A stretch of DNA of 64,000 nt from Octopus vulgaris (lineage: Eukaryota), in contig OX597820.1 in NCBI GenBank assembly GCA_951406725.2, positions 81,282,001 to 81,346,000 on the forward strand. Direction: 5' to 3'. A program made the position numbers and the translations under genes. Each line of letters opens with the position of its first letter. The stretch's first letter is position 1. Below, one piece after another: positions 1-13,572 of this stretch. The notes below the pieces were generated by a model. The model ran no database searches, was not told where the DNA came from, and saw nothing but the letters and a program-made list of their open reading frames with translations.

Positions 1-116
1 TTATTTATTTTTACAGTAACATTGTATGGTAGGTGTGAGAGGTCAGATCTGGTTGGTTTGAACATAAAATTGGTACTAAATTTGGGCCAGATATGGCAAG
101 TTTAAATGTTAAAGGG
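1..116. mobile_element. piggyBac-type MITE, 3' part (same family as 35455-35655)
   Basis: Ends ...TTAAAGGG|TTAA (TTAA at 117-120). Internal sequence (acattgta..ggtgtgaga..cagatctgg..agatatg..tttaaatg) matches the copy at 35455-35655. Confidence 0.65.
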
Positions 117-1657
117 TTAAAATGCTAAACCAGTGACCCACTTCAAAGAACAGCAGTGCAACTGCCCTACATCTCAGCAGTACACAGCTTGGATCTTGTG
201 ACATCCAGCATCCAGAAAACATACAGCCAAATATCTTACACTGGACATAACCAAGCAAGCATAACAATGAAGAAAAGAACAAAAACATAACTGAAAAAAA
301 TAACTTTTCTATAAACTCTGCAAATTTTTTACTTCCAAACATTGTTACTAAAATAAATTTCCATCCTGCAAACTTCATGCTAACCACATGGTGACATGTA
401 TATAACCCTAATAGTATAGCAATGTTCAACTTTCTACCTTATGTACATCACATTGTTCATAATCTGCAGACCCACATTCATGTGCATATACATTTTCATG
501 GTATCCTATTCTCTTGTGTACACACCAATCACCATGCATTCATATCGCACATTATTCTCATACTTCAACAATTTGGCTGTTGCTATCTGATTTGCATATG
601 AATGCTTTGTTTCAGGAGACTCAACTGTTTCTACATTTTTATTTGTTTAAACACAATAGTAACATACATTCAATATCACACATACCTTAGAATTTGCACC
701 TTCAGAGATTGTTTCCAGACCTATGTCAATCCGAAGCTATAGTTCTCAAAATTATTTATCAGTTGCTGCACCTAGTGACATTTTACACAGCCCTATTTCA
801 CATATTTTCTATTATTGAAATCACTACACAGCTTAACTTGACCAAACCTGTTAACACTGGCAGCTATATTCTCCAGGTATTTTCAATAAGGAAAATTAAC
901 TACACTTTCTGCACTCTTTCTTCCAGCTATTTATCCTCTTCTCTTTATGTGACCTCACTCAGGTTATAATGTACATAGGGGAGTTTATTTATCCCAGTGC
1001 ATCCACCATGTCCTTTGTGCCTTCCAATATTTGTTTTACCCACAACAAATACTCCTGATCACAATGTCAGACACACTTGGTCTCTACACTGCTTTCAAGG
1101 CATCTATCTACTCAGCTGCACACACAAATCACCAGAAATCTTCTTCTTATACCATGGAATGAGAATATACATTTTTCTCAGCTCTTTGCAATGCAAACTG
1201 ACAGCTACACAAAATTCACACTCATTTGAATATTATATACTGCACCTTATTTACTTGAATATTGCACTCATGCAATCTCACTATTTAGATGCAATTCATA
1301 TTCAGACCTACTCAAATATGTGCTTTTGCATTCCCTCATACAACAGTTCAGATTCACTCACCAAGTGCCTAAGAAGCTTAGCTCTGATTTTCAATGTATA
1401 CTGTTTGTGTATACATTAAAAACCACATTAGTATTCACATAGTTATTGTTTATCAGCTGTAGAACATGTTAACATCAGTAGAAGAGCCTGTATTTTGATT
1501 TTGTTCATTGTTATGAAGCCTACTATCTGATAGGGGAGTAATGTATCAGGCCTATATTTTGATTCAAACACCAGACATGTTTTGAATTAGCAAATTCTTT
1601 GTAAATGATAACTAAAATTTTGGCCAATTGAGTAGTAATATCAGCAAAAATCTGGCC

Positions 1658-1960
1658 CAGTGGTTTCCAACTGAGGTCTACATGACCCCTGTTGGTCCAT
1701 GCAAGCAAAATAGTAAATAGTATATTAAGGGTCCATGAAAACATTTTGCTTTAGATGTATTTATTGTAAGAAATGGTCAGGTTTAATTTTCTAATGTTTT
1801 ACATAGTTCAACTTACACCAATAACTGTGTGATGAACAAAATAGAAATTTTGAAAGAAATACCTATAAACTAGTTTTTACACATCAAATGGCAATGGGAA
1901 TACACCAAAGTAAAGTAGCAATGAAAGGGGTCCAGAGGTAAAAAATGTTGAGAACCACCT
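1658..1960. mobile_element. hAT-type MITE
   Basis: Imperfect TIRs CAGTGGTTTCCAA / TTGAGAACCACCT. Perfect 8-bp TSD ATCTGGCC at 1650-1657 and 1961-1968. Confidence 0.85.
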
Positions 1961-4171
1961 ATCTGGCCAATATGTGAATAACTCCCAGATTTTTCAGTAA
2001 TGATGTAGCCATATATTAGTCCAGTTAGATTTGTTGCGGAGTGTACTAAAAGAGACTAGATTTATAGAGAGAGACAAGTAGTCACAGGCAGAAGCAAATG
2101 ACAGAGAGGTAACTGACAGACAAGATAGAACAGAAAATGCAGTCATGTATTCCTGTCAGGTACTGCAGTTGATGAGCATGGACAGACCCATCAAATGGGA
2201 AGAATTTACAACACGAGTGACATGTTCCTGCTAGCATAAAGCTACATTATGGTCACTAACACTTTCATCCATTCCTTCATCTTCTCTTTCTCTCTCATCT
2301 ACACACTCATAAAAACTGTCCAAGTCACTACTATGAGCAGACATAACTGTGTTTTTATTTTCCTTTGCCCCCCACCCCCCAATATTTTGGGGATAATATG
2401 TATTATTGATTTGATAGAGCACTGAACAACTAATTAAGAGTTCAACAGTTAATGGCATGAAACTGGAATTGTGTTGAGTCAAATGTCAAAAACACTAATC
2501 ACACTCATATACACACAAACGTGTGTGTGTGTGTGTGTGTGTGTCCCCCAGTTTAACCCCAGTACAAACAGGATAGTAAAACCTCATCTATAACAAAGTG
2601 GCAGCACCATAAAAGACTTATTGAATTCAATCTTCAGTGTTTCCAAGAAAGCTACCTGACATAGATAAAAACTACAACAATTGTCTACACTAGATCCATA
2701 GAAGTTCCTGCTCTGTAGACAGTTATAGTAATCTTTAACTAGAATACTGTAAGAATGAGGAAGTAACATTTCAATCAAGTACAAGTTCATATGAGTTGTT
2801 CTATATGTAAGTATCCAGGGAAAGGTTCTAGTGTATGACTGTAAAGATAGGTATGTAAGCAATCTGAACATTTGGTATTTTATCAACAGTAAGAACTACA
2901 ATTTTAGTACTTTGTATTGTGTTTCATCATCTCCAGGGTGTTTATATTATTCACATTGAATTTTGTGCACTTGTTTTCTGACAATCAGAGAATCTTTTAA
3001 AGTTCATATTTATTAATTTTGATTTAAAGTTCCAAAGAAACACATTGCATATACATGCAACAATGGACTGAAAAAAAAAAAATCGAGCATGTAGATTTCT
3101 TTTATTTATTTATTTATTTATTGCATGTGGTGGTGTGATATATAATCAATGCCGTGACCTTTCATGAACAACTGTATAGTTCAGTGTTATTGACCTTTTC
3201 ACACAAAATGTACAACTCATTCTTAAACACTTAAGTGAATTGAAGAAATATAAAAAAGAAAAGTAAAAAAAAAAAAAAATAGAAAACTTGCACCAGATTT
3301 GAACTCATGAACTATGGGTCAATAGCTAATCTACTTGGCTATTTAGTAGGTACATATGTATATTTATGTATTATATATATCACAATTTGTGAACAATAAT
3401 ATCATTGTGACAGGTTTCTAGTAGGTTAATCAGTGGCTCAGTGCATTTTGACAGCAAGGGAGTGTTTGTAAATTACTGCAGAACAAATGACACATGACTT
3501 TGCTACAAAAGAAACCTCAATTTTTAGTTTCCTTGCAGATTTATATTGGCTATCTATCTGTCTGTCTGTCAGTCTGTCTATAAAAACACACATAGCTTTG
3601 ATCGCAGGGGCATCAGATAACCTAGGGGGTTAAACATTGTGTTTGTTTAATCCAACATATAACACAAACAATATATACACAATCACATATCTATATGTCT
3701 ATCCGTCCATTTATCTATCTATATGAAGAGATAGAGGGAGAGAGTCAAGTAGCTAAAAAACAAAAGAGACAGAAAGATAGATATATAAACATAGTAGCTA
3801 TATAGATATATAAACAGATCAAATAGATAAACAGATGGTAGACAGACAGTTAGCTAGTTAGACTGATAGACAGGCAGATACATAGACAGACAGATCATGT
3901 CACTCAACACATGTTCTGACATCTACATATCCATGTGCTGCCCACTCCAAGACTTTTATTGTCTAGCTACGAAGATAAATTTATTTAACTTGCCTATATA
4001 GCCATCCACCCATATAGCTATTCACAACTACATGCATGCATGCATGTATGTATGTATTTCTGCTCAGTTTCCATGAACCTAGTTCCATTCATTTGTCATT
4101 GGTGAACTCAAAGGTTAGTGGGATTGAACCCTGGATCAAGTGATTCTAAAGATACTTTATTAACCATCATA

Positions 4172-5428
4172 CGAGGGGGTGCTGAAGAGTTCCTAGCTTC
4201 AAGGGTATCATGAAAGGGTAGAGCTGTTACCTTTACAGGGGAGTTAGAACAACTATTTAGAAGAAGATGAGTAAAAAAAATCATGATGTTATATGTTTTT
4301 CCCCTTATTGCAGATTTAATGCATGATGACAGCTCCTACAAAGGATTTTGGTAGAACTGAAGCACAGGCAGATGAAGTTTCTCCTTTTGCAAGGCAATGG
4401 AACAGCAGAAATCCATGGTGAGATGAAGGAAGTTTTAAAGGATGGCTGCCTATCTTACTCTATAGTGAAAATCTGGGTGTTAAGGTTTCAGACTGGTCAT
4501 TTCAAGGTCAAAGATGAACCCCAGTCAGGATGGCCAACTTCTGCAACCACGAGGACAAAGCTGACACTGTGCATGTCATGATTCTTGAGGACTACTGGAT
4601 TTCAGATAAAGTTATAGCTGAGATTCTGGGGATTTCCCATAAAAAAATTGACCATATCATTCACAACATACTGGACACAAGAAAGTTTTCAGCAAAATGG
4701 GTGCCAAAATACCTGAATACAGATCAGAAGCACATCAAAGTGACAACATTAATGAAGATTTGTGACTGGTTTGCAGTAGAAGAGTCTGATTATATGGCTC
4801 ATTTAGTCCCCATAGATGAAACTTGGCTTCATCATTATGATCCCCAGACCAAGCAACAATCAATGGAGTGGTGCCACAGTGGTTCACTACATCCCAAGAC
4901 GTTTTGAACCCAGAAGTCAGCTGGCAAGATTCTGGCTTCAGTGTTCTGGGACAAAGACTGAGTACTCCCTATAAAATATCTGCCAAGTGTTGCACCACCA
5001 ATTTAGAATAGTACAGGTCTCTATTAGATGAACTGCATGAAGTTTTGAAGCAGAAATGCTGTGAATAGCTGAGCTTCTGCAGGACAATTCACCAGCACAC
5101 ACAGCATATGAAACTACAAAAAAATACACGATTTTGTCTTCAAATTTATAGACCACCCACTTGGCTTGATCTAACTATCACCCCTTTCCAAAACTAAAGA
5201 AACATCCCAAGGAAATTAAATTTCACTTTGATTCAGAAGTGATTGCTGCTATAGAGATCTGGTTGGAGGCCCAACCTTCTGAGTTCTTTTTACAAGGCTT
5301 AGAAAAACTGAAGGACTGCTGCAATAAGTGTGTGAATCTGAGAAGGGAATATGTTGAATAAAATCATAATTAACTGATCCTCTTGTATTTTCTTTTCTCA
5401 AAGCCAGCAACTATTCAGCATCCCCTTG
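4172..5428 (+). mobile_element. Full-length degenerate mariner (DD34D) transposon with frameshifted transposase
   Basis: 28-bp TIRs matching 23/28 (CGAGGGGGTGCTGAAGAGTTCCTAGCTT vs revcomp of 5401-5428). TA TSDs at 4170-71 and 5429-30. ORFs 4348-4581 and 4530-4907 carry an HTH region and the WVPKYL, DETW and YDPQTKQQSMEW motifs. Confidence 0.95.
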
Positions 5429-5764
5429 TACAGTTCAAGCCTGAAACCATATTGAACCAGGAAAATAACAGCTGAAGCAATGTCTCAATTACATCCAATT
5501 GGTTGTGGTCATTCTGAAGCAACAGTATCATTACAGTAAATACAGTAATGAATTGTGACATCTTGAATAATGAACTCCCAAGCTGGAATAACTATGGTAA
5601 GTTACAAAGCTTCAAAATAAAGAAAATATTTGAAAAAGTAATTAAGTTATCAGTTTGGATATATTCCCAATGTATAAAAGCCACAGTGTTCCATCAGTTT
5701 TATTCCTTCTCATAAGTTTTCAAATATTCATGCTCTCTTCCATGAAAATAAATCAATACCTCAT

Positions 5765-5809
<45 letters not shown>

Positions 5810-6219
5810 TACTTCATCCCACTTACAGTTTAGAATTGAGGAGATAAGGAAAGGGAAAGAAAAAAAGCAGATATCAGTACAGTTTTGTTGCTATGCACAA
5901 TTTATATAATGTGGAAGAAAGAATATAATATGAGCAAGTTGTGCATAAATGTTAAATTTATTTGGCAATTGAAATGATTTGCAAATCCACCCTAACTCAA
6001 TTTTTTTATATTCCTTAGCCATATTTGCTAGTGTCATAGAGATGACCCTACAAGCTGGATTTAAATTTATATATTGTCCTTTCATACAAAAATGATGGAT
6101 CAACATTTGTTAGGCCAGTTGTACATAGAATGTCATGTGAATTTGATTTGAAAACCTCATATTCATCCTCATCTCTCATGATGATGGTTGCAGTGATGAT
6201 GATTACGATGATGATGATA

Positions 6220-6605
6220 TCTTTATATATAAAAGAGAAGTTGTGTCTGTCTCCTACGATTTAGATTCCTAACTACTCCCACATTTTGCGGTGCAGTTTA
6301 ACCAAAACAGGGTATCTTATAGTTGTGATTCATATCGAGCCCTTCTGGGTATTAGGATGAGTCTACGATTTAAAAAAAAAATTACCATAATTTTTTTCCA
6401 TTTTAATGCATTTTCTTCGCTATTATATAAGGGAAGTAACTCTCTAAAAATGTCTACGATGAGTCAACGATTTATAAAAAATTTTACCATCATTTTTTTT
6501 CCATTTTTAATGCATTTTTTTGCTATTTTTTGGCTATAACTCTCTAAAAATGCTTATATAGTTATTTCCCTTACAAACCCGAGCAATGCCGGGCGATACT
6601 GCTAG
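6220..6605 (+). mobile_element. Non-autonomous Helitron, copy 1
   Basis: 5' TC, 3' CTAG, inserted in A|T with no TSD. Subterminal GC hairpin CCCGAGCAATGCCGGG. Internal partial tandem duplication. Near-identical copy at 13573-13973. Confidence 0.85.
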
Positions 6606-6749
6606 TTTATTATAGAACATTTCTTTGATATTTTAACAGATCTATCTATCTATAAATGTCTTATTTAATAAATCATATGGTATAGACCTGGTAGTTTAAT
6701 AGTAAAGCATGTTCACTTTCTCAGTGTTTGCTGGGTATTTGATTAACAA

Positions 6750-7050
6750 GATGGAAGATGGAAGATACGAGAATGTTTATTGATCACTACAATTGTTTCA
6801 ACCCATCTAACATTGATTATTCATGAGTGGGATACTGAAAGGAGTTCATAGCTATGGACTCTGTGTGGGCAGTCATCTAAGAGTTTTTGTTCATCTTGAT
6901 GCTGACATAAGTTCCTTGTCTTTCCTGATGAGAAGGCGGCATAATGCACCCCTTATTCCTTCGAAATTAGGAATATGCAGCCTTCGAAACATATGTCGAA
7001 AATAAAGGAATTTTGTTAAATCGTCGTTCAACTCCATTCTTTCATTTATT
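6750..7050 (+). mobile_element. ~300-bp hammerhead-bearing unit (Penelope pLTR or retrozyme-like)
   Basis: Hammerhead followed by AATAAA, the tail TCGTTCAACTCCATT and (TA)n. The 3' ~130 nt are homologous to 57215-57350. Confidence 0.65.
6921..7001 (+). ncRNA. Type I hammerhead ribozyme with enlarged stem II
   Basis: Stem I TTTC/GAAA; core CTGATGA 6925-31; stem II GAAGGC...GCCTTC (6932-6985); GAAA 6986-89; palindromic stem III ACATATGT; GUC cleavage triplet ending at 6997. Confidence 0.85.
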
Positions 7051-8559
7051 TATATATATATATATATTGTTAGTGCTGTCAAGAGGGAGTACTAATCTTT
7101 TAAACCATCAGTTGAAATGACATTGGGATCAACTTTCTTTTTTGCTTCTTCCACATTGATGAAATCAATGAGAATGCTATCAATCAAATATTATTAGCAC
7201 TGACATTTTGTGTTATAGTGGTTAATCATAAATTTTAAGGAATCATTAGAAAAACAAGTGTCCTGACCAAGACTCGGAGACAGTAAAAATCAAAAACATA
7301 TATATCTAAAAGAAAATTAAAATAATTAAGAGGAATTAGAACTAAATTAATAATTATTTAAAAAATATACCTAATTATTAAAGCAGTTCCCATTTCCCAG
7401 ATATTTGCAAGTTAAAGCTTGTAAAGCTTTAGAATGAAATAAACATGAAGATATTTAGAACTTTATAATAAATTGCAGCAGAATCAGTGCTGTAACTTAA
7501 GGCTATTATCATATTCTTTATTTACTCTAAGAGGCTAGAACTCCTGTACACACTTCTCTTTTCAACCATATGGTCTGCTTTCTCTTTCAATAATCTTCAC
7601 AAGACCACAGGCTTGCATTTGTTATTATTTCCAATATGTGTTTGTTATTGTACTGCTTCTCTCAATACTTTTCACTGCTACCAAGACAACTATTATTCAT
7701 TGCATGGTACACATTGCAAGAATTAATCTCAAACTATTTTATATGCTTAGAAAAATTGCCATCATTTACTATTAAGTAGAGCTCAGGCTGACAACAAAAA
7801 AGTGACACAACAGAAAGATTCTAGGACAGGGAAACAGTAAAATTTTGGATAAAATACCTCAAAGTATTTAGTTATGTTCCTTAACATTCAGAGATCAGAT
7901 CTAACCAGTAACAACTGTGATTTTCAATATTACAATTACCAGTAAGTTTGGGGTCCATCTAGTCATTGCCAACAAACATGTAACCTTCCACCAATTTAAG
8001 AAATCATTAACTACACTACTTTAATAAACAATTTTTCAATCTAGCACTAATTAGTTGGATTAAGAATATATCAAACTTTTTATTTTACATCATTCCACTT
8101 ATGTAAAAAGGAGCTTGTCTTAAATCTTAGTTCCCCTCTCCAAATAATTTTTGTTAATTTCCAATTTCTATATTGTAAACATAATTGCTCTCTACATCAT
8201 TACTTGTACAAATCAGGAAGCCAGTTCTTTGGGCAAAAAAATTAGTTTACATTATACTTTTCATTCATTAGAAAATAATTTATCAGTTGTTCCACCTTCA
8301 GCTCTAGCTGTGCCAACACTCATACAAAATTAATTAAAGGTGACACATCAAATACATGTACAAATAACAGATGTCTAAATGGCCTTTGTTAAGTTTATCA
8401 TCAAGATAAATTAAACATATTATCAATAATTACAAATCTGAAATGTAATTTAATTACATACTTATAAATGAAATTACTTATTATATATCCCTAATAATTA
8501 GTAGCACTAGCAAAGAACTGTAAATCTTATGATTACTTAAGAAAAGCTAGGCCTCTCTT

Positions 8560-9380
8560 CTTCAACCTTCTTTGTCTTTTGTTTATATTTGCCTTTCTTT
8601 CTCTACAACATACCACTATTTTCCAGTCACTATTTGCTCACCCATTATCACTTGACAATAAGATGACACTACTGAGAAGGAATCCTTCAGCTCCTAGCAC
8701 TAATGTTGAGTCAATTTTTTCCATTATACTCACAGTTGTAACAAGTAGTAGCAGTTCTTCATACTTGCTGTCATTGTTGCTTTCTTTCCCTCTTTTCATA
8801 TCCAGCTTCTTTAGCAGAAAGTGTCCCTTCCTTCCACATATATAACTGGGTTCTCTGCCAAACACCATTGGTCTCCTTTATGGGCCTATGATAGGATACA
8901 ACTCAAAAATAAATTCATGGTCTTCCATACAGAACCCACTTAATTATTATTTTGTGTCACATCCAAACTCACAACCTGTTCATACTGATGCAAAGGTGTC
9001 CTAGGCATAACCCTGTCTGTCAATGTCCCAGATATGACCTTTGTGTTTTGTTGCCTTATATATTGCAGCACCAGGCTGTAAGCAGGAATGTGCTGCACCT
9101 ATCTGCCAGTCATCCCACATCATCCTTGACATTAAAGATGAGGCACGCACTTCTATAAGCACACCCCAGACAATGGAACACATATCTTGCTGCCTAGTGT
9201 TACTTCTGACTGTTTATTTGGAAATACGTGGAGGCATCTTTCTTACTTCAGGAAAAACAGAGTTATATCGCTCACCCACTTTCTTGTTCCACATTGTAAT
9301 GAGCAAGGAGATTCGATCCTATGTTCTTTTCTTGCAGCCAACTTATTTTGAATACTGCCAATAATACTGCTGCTACTATT
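8560..9380 (-). pseudogene. Degenerate L1/Tx1-like ORF1 (gag-like) relic
   Basis: Minus-strand VFGREPSYICGRKGHF resembles the zinc-knuckle region VEGRKPRCYKCGKKGHI of the ORF1 at 58258-59758. Multiple stops and frameshifts. Confidence 0.4.
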
Positions 9381-10851
9381 TTAAGTATTTTGTATTTGTT
9401 AAATTGAAAATATTTGCTTCATCTACTCATTCAAATGTATATATTTTTTGCGCTTGTCTTTTGTTTATATATCTAGGTCATTGTTTTCAAGATTTGTTTC
9501 CTTGGGGATGACTATGTTTGTGACTTGCAACACTTACTGTCACAGCAGAAAAAGAAAAAAAAAAAGAATAGTAAAAACCTTTTTTCAAGTACAACATAGT
9601 AAAATCTGACGTAAAAACATCCTTACTACTACTACTACTACTACTAATAATAATAATAATGATAATGAATAATAATTTTACATTAACTTTCTCTGCTGAG
9701 TAATAATAATAAAAATAATAACTTTTCCCACAAGAGCAAAGGCTACACATTTGTAGAAGAAATATAATCGATTGAATTGACCCTAACCATGATTTGTACG
9801 TATTTTATTGACTTTGAAAAGATGAAAGACAAAGTTAAGCCAGTAATATTTGAACATAGATTTAGTAATAGATGTTCTATCATTCCCCCCCTCTCAAGTA
9901 ACTGCCATGATAATTATAACAACAGCATTAATAATAGTCCACTCATATTTCTTGTAAAGTAAATTTGTTATAAACTTATTGTGAAAGTTTAAAATAGAAT
10001 ATTGGCTATTCACAAGCATTTCTTAGCAACAAAGTGCCATCACCATCATCATCATAATAATAATGATAACAATATATTTGAAGAGTTAATTATCTTCTTG
10101 ATAGAAAATTCAGACAATGCATGCATATCAACCAAAACTCTATTTGATACATTGATAGCATGAACAAAAAGTAATTTTCATTTATAATACAAACACACTC
10201 ATTTCTTCCCTTTCAAACTAAGTCAGCTTATCCTGTTTTTGAATTTCATCTTCTGCCAATATACCTCCCCTAACTCTTCCTCTTTATCACTATTCTCATG
10301 CTGTTTCTTAAGTGAACAGTTATTCACATCATGTGTCTCTATCTAGATGAATCTTAAACAGTACATCTCCTTTATTTAGGTCAGTCTTTCAGTTTTCTGA
10401 TATTTTAAAACTGAGTCTCTGTCTTTTTAAGTTAGTTTTTGTTATAAGCCAAACATACTACACCACTATTTATCACAAGTTTCATACAGCGATCACTAAA
10501 AATATCTTGTATGTGCATTGAAACACTAATCTAATCATACTGTAAGATGATCTAATTGACTCTGCTTTCAGATTGCTTACAACGGAAATGTTGCTCACTC
10601 AATTCTAAAACAATCTGATACAAAGAAATTATTTAGTTTCTTTGTTGTTACCTAGTTTGTTTGCTATCTGACATACAAGAACAAAAAAAACAACAAAAAA
10701 AAACTAAGCAGTATAGAAAAGATTAGCCAGTAGCATTTGGAAACTTTTAATAGGTTGGTTACAAAAAGGGCCTTATTATTTAGAGTTATTTTAAAACAAG
10801 TGAAATTATATAAGACATTATAACAAGGTTATATTAAATCATACTATCAGG

Positions 10852-11139
10852 CAGTGCTACTCAAAGTGGTGGTCCACAGACTGGTGTCAGTCTCCGAGCC
10901 ATCAGCTACCAGTACGTGGCGAGTTTCCAGAAAAGAAGGGAATATTATAAAATGCTTACATAATATTGTATTATTTGTATGCAAAATAAATATAAGATGA
11001 AAAAAATTGTCGACTTTTTTTATATTCATTATATATATTGTTTCCAGTATAAATTAATATTACTAAGAAATATTACTAGTCCCTGGCACATTGGAAAAAA
11101 ACAGCGGGTATTCCACATCAGATAGTTTGAGAAGCACTG
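10852..11139. mobile_element. hAT-type MITE
   Basis: TIRs CAGTGCTACTCAAA / TTTGAGAAGCACTG. 8-bp flanks CTATCAGG and CTCTAAGG match 6/8. Confidence 0.8.
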
Positions 11140-11814
11140 CTCTAAGGGATTCTTGAAGTCCTTTGGAGTATTTAGCCACTAAACTACAAGCCAATTAAAT
11201 ATCAGTTATAAAGTATTCTCACATCAATGAACAATGCTTTTCTATGCAATCCATTTGCAGTAAAGTGGACTGAGCTATTAATTGTTGAGCATCTTTTACA
11301 TACACACACACTGCTATAACTGGTAAAAGAATACAAACTGCAAACTGTTCAAAGAACAGAGAAACATTAAAATCTTGGTCAACTTTAATAAATGACCTGT
11401 GACAATTTTATGAAAAACAAATACATTTTAAGTGTGGCAATTGAAAATTGTACATCAGCAGTGTTAACACATGGAACTCAGACTGAAGAAAAAACAGGCT
11501 CAATCTCTGCTTCACAGCTAATGTGTTACTAGGTTATAAGTAACAATCCCATCTAGAAGCTGTAGATTCTCAATGAGAAATACAGCCTTTCAACCTCCAC
11601 CATACAACTTCATCTCCTCTTCCCTGTTATCAGTCAGTCTCATATTTACTATCAACTTTCTTCTTGTGCTTTTCTTGATGTTGCTCATTCACTTTTTCTT
11701 CATGATATTCCTGTTACTAGGGCTTTGTCTATGCATGACAATATTAGTTAGAGATAGGGTGTCATAATGTTCTATTAAATATTATACAGGATATAACTAA
11801 GTAAAACAAAGTAA

Positions 11815-11987
11815 AACCGATGCTGGTGTGTTTACGTCCCTGTAACTTAGCAGTTTGGCAAAAGAGACTGATAGAACAAGTACTAGGCTTCCAAAGAATA
11901 AGTCCTGGGGTCGATTTGCTCAACTAAAGGCAGTGCTCCAGCATGGCCACAGTCAAATTACTGACACAAAAGAGAATAAAAGAGAAT
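11815..11987 (+). mobile_element. SINE family A, 3' half
   Basis: Matches 54835-54998 (gatgctggtgt..taacttagc..aagaataagtcctgggg..gctccagcatggcc..gtcaaat). Confidence 0.85.
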
Positions 11988-11989
11988 AC

Positions 11990-12940
11990 CTAAGTTTTGA
12001 CATCATCTCCTTCAAAATGGTCACCTAGCACAGCAATATATCAGTCCCAGTGTTCCTGTCCCTTTTGTAATCTAGCCTGGAAGTCATTTTCTGTAAGCAA
12101 ACCAAGGACCTTCTGTGATTCATTCTGGACCTCAACAATGTTGTTAAAATGGGGGCCTTTAAGCTGCATTTTCATCTCATGGAAGAGATGGAAGGCCACA
12201 GATGCTAAATTTGACGAATAGAATGGGTGTAGAAGCAATACCATGTTGTTTTCGGTGAAGAACTCACAAGAGAGGAGAGCTCAGTGACATGGTGCATTGT
12301 CATCATCAAGAATCCAATTCTTCATGCTCCACAGATCCAGGTGCTTTCGCTGAATGTCCTTCCTCAAATGTTTCAAAATATTGCAGTAGATCTCTAAATT
12401 GACAGTCTGGTCCCAGGAGATGGATTTCCAGTGTAAAATACCTTGGATGTCGAAAAAAATGACAAGCATGCTCTTGATTGAGCTGCGTCTCTGTCATGCC
12501 TTCTTTGGTCATGGAGATGAAGGGTTCTTCCATTGTAATGACTGCTGCTTTGTCTCAGGGCCATACCCATAGACCCAACTCTCATCACCGGTGATAATCC
12601 TTGACATGAAGGATGGGTCATAAGTAGCATGCTGATGGAAATCTTGACAGACTTCAATGCAATGTTCTTTCTGCTCAGCGGTCAGCAGGTGGGGGACAAA
12701 CTTGGCAGAGACATTCTGCATGTTCACTTCAGACATTAGGATTGCCTGCATGGACCCATATGACAGACCAACAACATCAGCAATGTCGTTGATTGACCTC
12801 CTGCAACCCTCATGCACAAGCTGATGAATTTTCTCCACAGTTTTGGGGGTCAGGTTCGTGCTAGGTCTTTCAGATCACTCATTATCTTCCAGAGATGTTC
12901 TGCTTCTGAAGCACCTGTACCACTGAAAACATTGCTTACC
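11990..12940 (-). mobile_element. Mariner transposase relic, truncated
   Basis: Minus ORFs contain KFVPHLLT, IITGDESWVYGY.PETKQQS, WILDDDNAPCH and a degraded YSxDLAP motif; frameshifted. Same family as 22351-23210. Confidence 0.92.
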
Positions 12941-13016
12941 TCATAGATACAAACACCTGTCTATCTGTCTATCTACCTACATACATTTATACATATATAT
13001 GTTATTTAATAAACAG

Positions 13017-13318
13017 ATGTGGCTGTGTGGTAAGAAGCTCGCTTCCCAACCACATGGCCCCAGGTTCAGTCCCACCTTGGGCAAGCGTCTTCTACAGTAA
13101 CCTTGAGCCAACCAAAGCCTTGTAAGTGGATTTGGTAGACAGAAACTGAAAGAAGCCTGTCGTATATGTATATATATGTATGTATGTATATGTTTGTGTG
13201 CATCTGTTTGTCCCACCACAATCACTTCACAACCAATGCTGGTGTGTTTATGTCTCCATAACTTAGTGGTTCAGCAAAAGAGACCAGTGCAATAAGTACT
13301 AGGCTTACAAAGAATAAA
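13017..13318 (+). mobile_element. SINE family A (tRNA-derived), 3'-truncated
   Basis: Head gtggctgtgtggtaag...ggttcagtccca (A/B-box-like) with internal (TA/TG)n; matches 54596-54998. Confidence 0.85.
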
Positions 13319-13572
13319 ACACAGCAGCATATAAAAGCATATATTATGTTTATTAAATAATATTCATCTCTCACCAGATGGAGTACTTTTTTTGTTGATC
13401 TTACCATCATGAAACAATACACTACACACATACACACATACACACACACACACACACATATATATATATTGTTTTTGGCATCCTTTTGTCTCGGGAGACA
13501 ATGGAGTTGCACATAGAGTAATCCAGTCTGGTTTTCACATTCCATGCCATTTACATTATATACATATATATA

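Noticed and set aside
109-1419. ORFs of 91-140 aa near the window start, with a possible endonuclease remnant (LFQETQL)
   Set aside because: No coherent domain. At best a very old LINE relic that I cannot support.
3285-3345. tRNA-like B-box on the minus strand, also at ~34155-34210
   Set aside because: No cloverleaf can be formed. It is a decayed SINE-type head, not a tRNA gene.
9325-9352. Plus-strand LQPTYF identical to a peptide in the Tx1 ORF1
   Set aside because: The surrounding + frame shows no further similarity and the ORF1-like relic here is on the minus strand, so this is likely coincidence.
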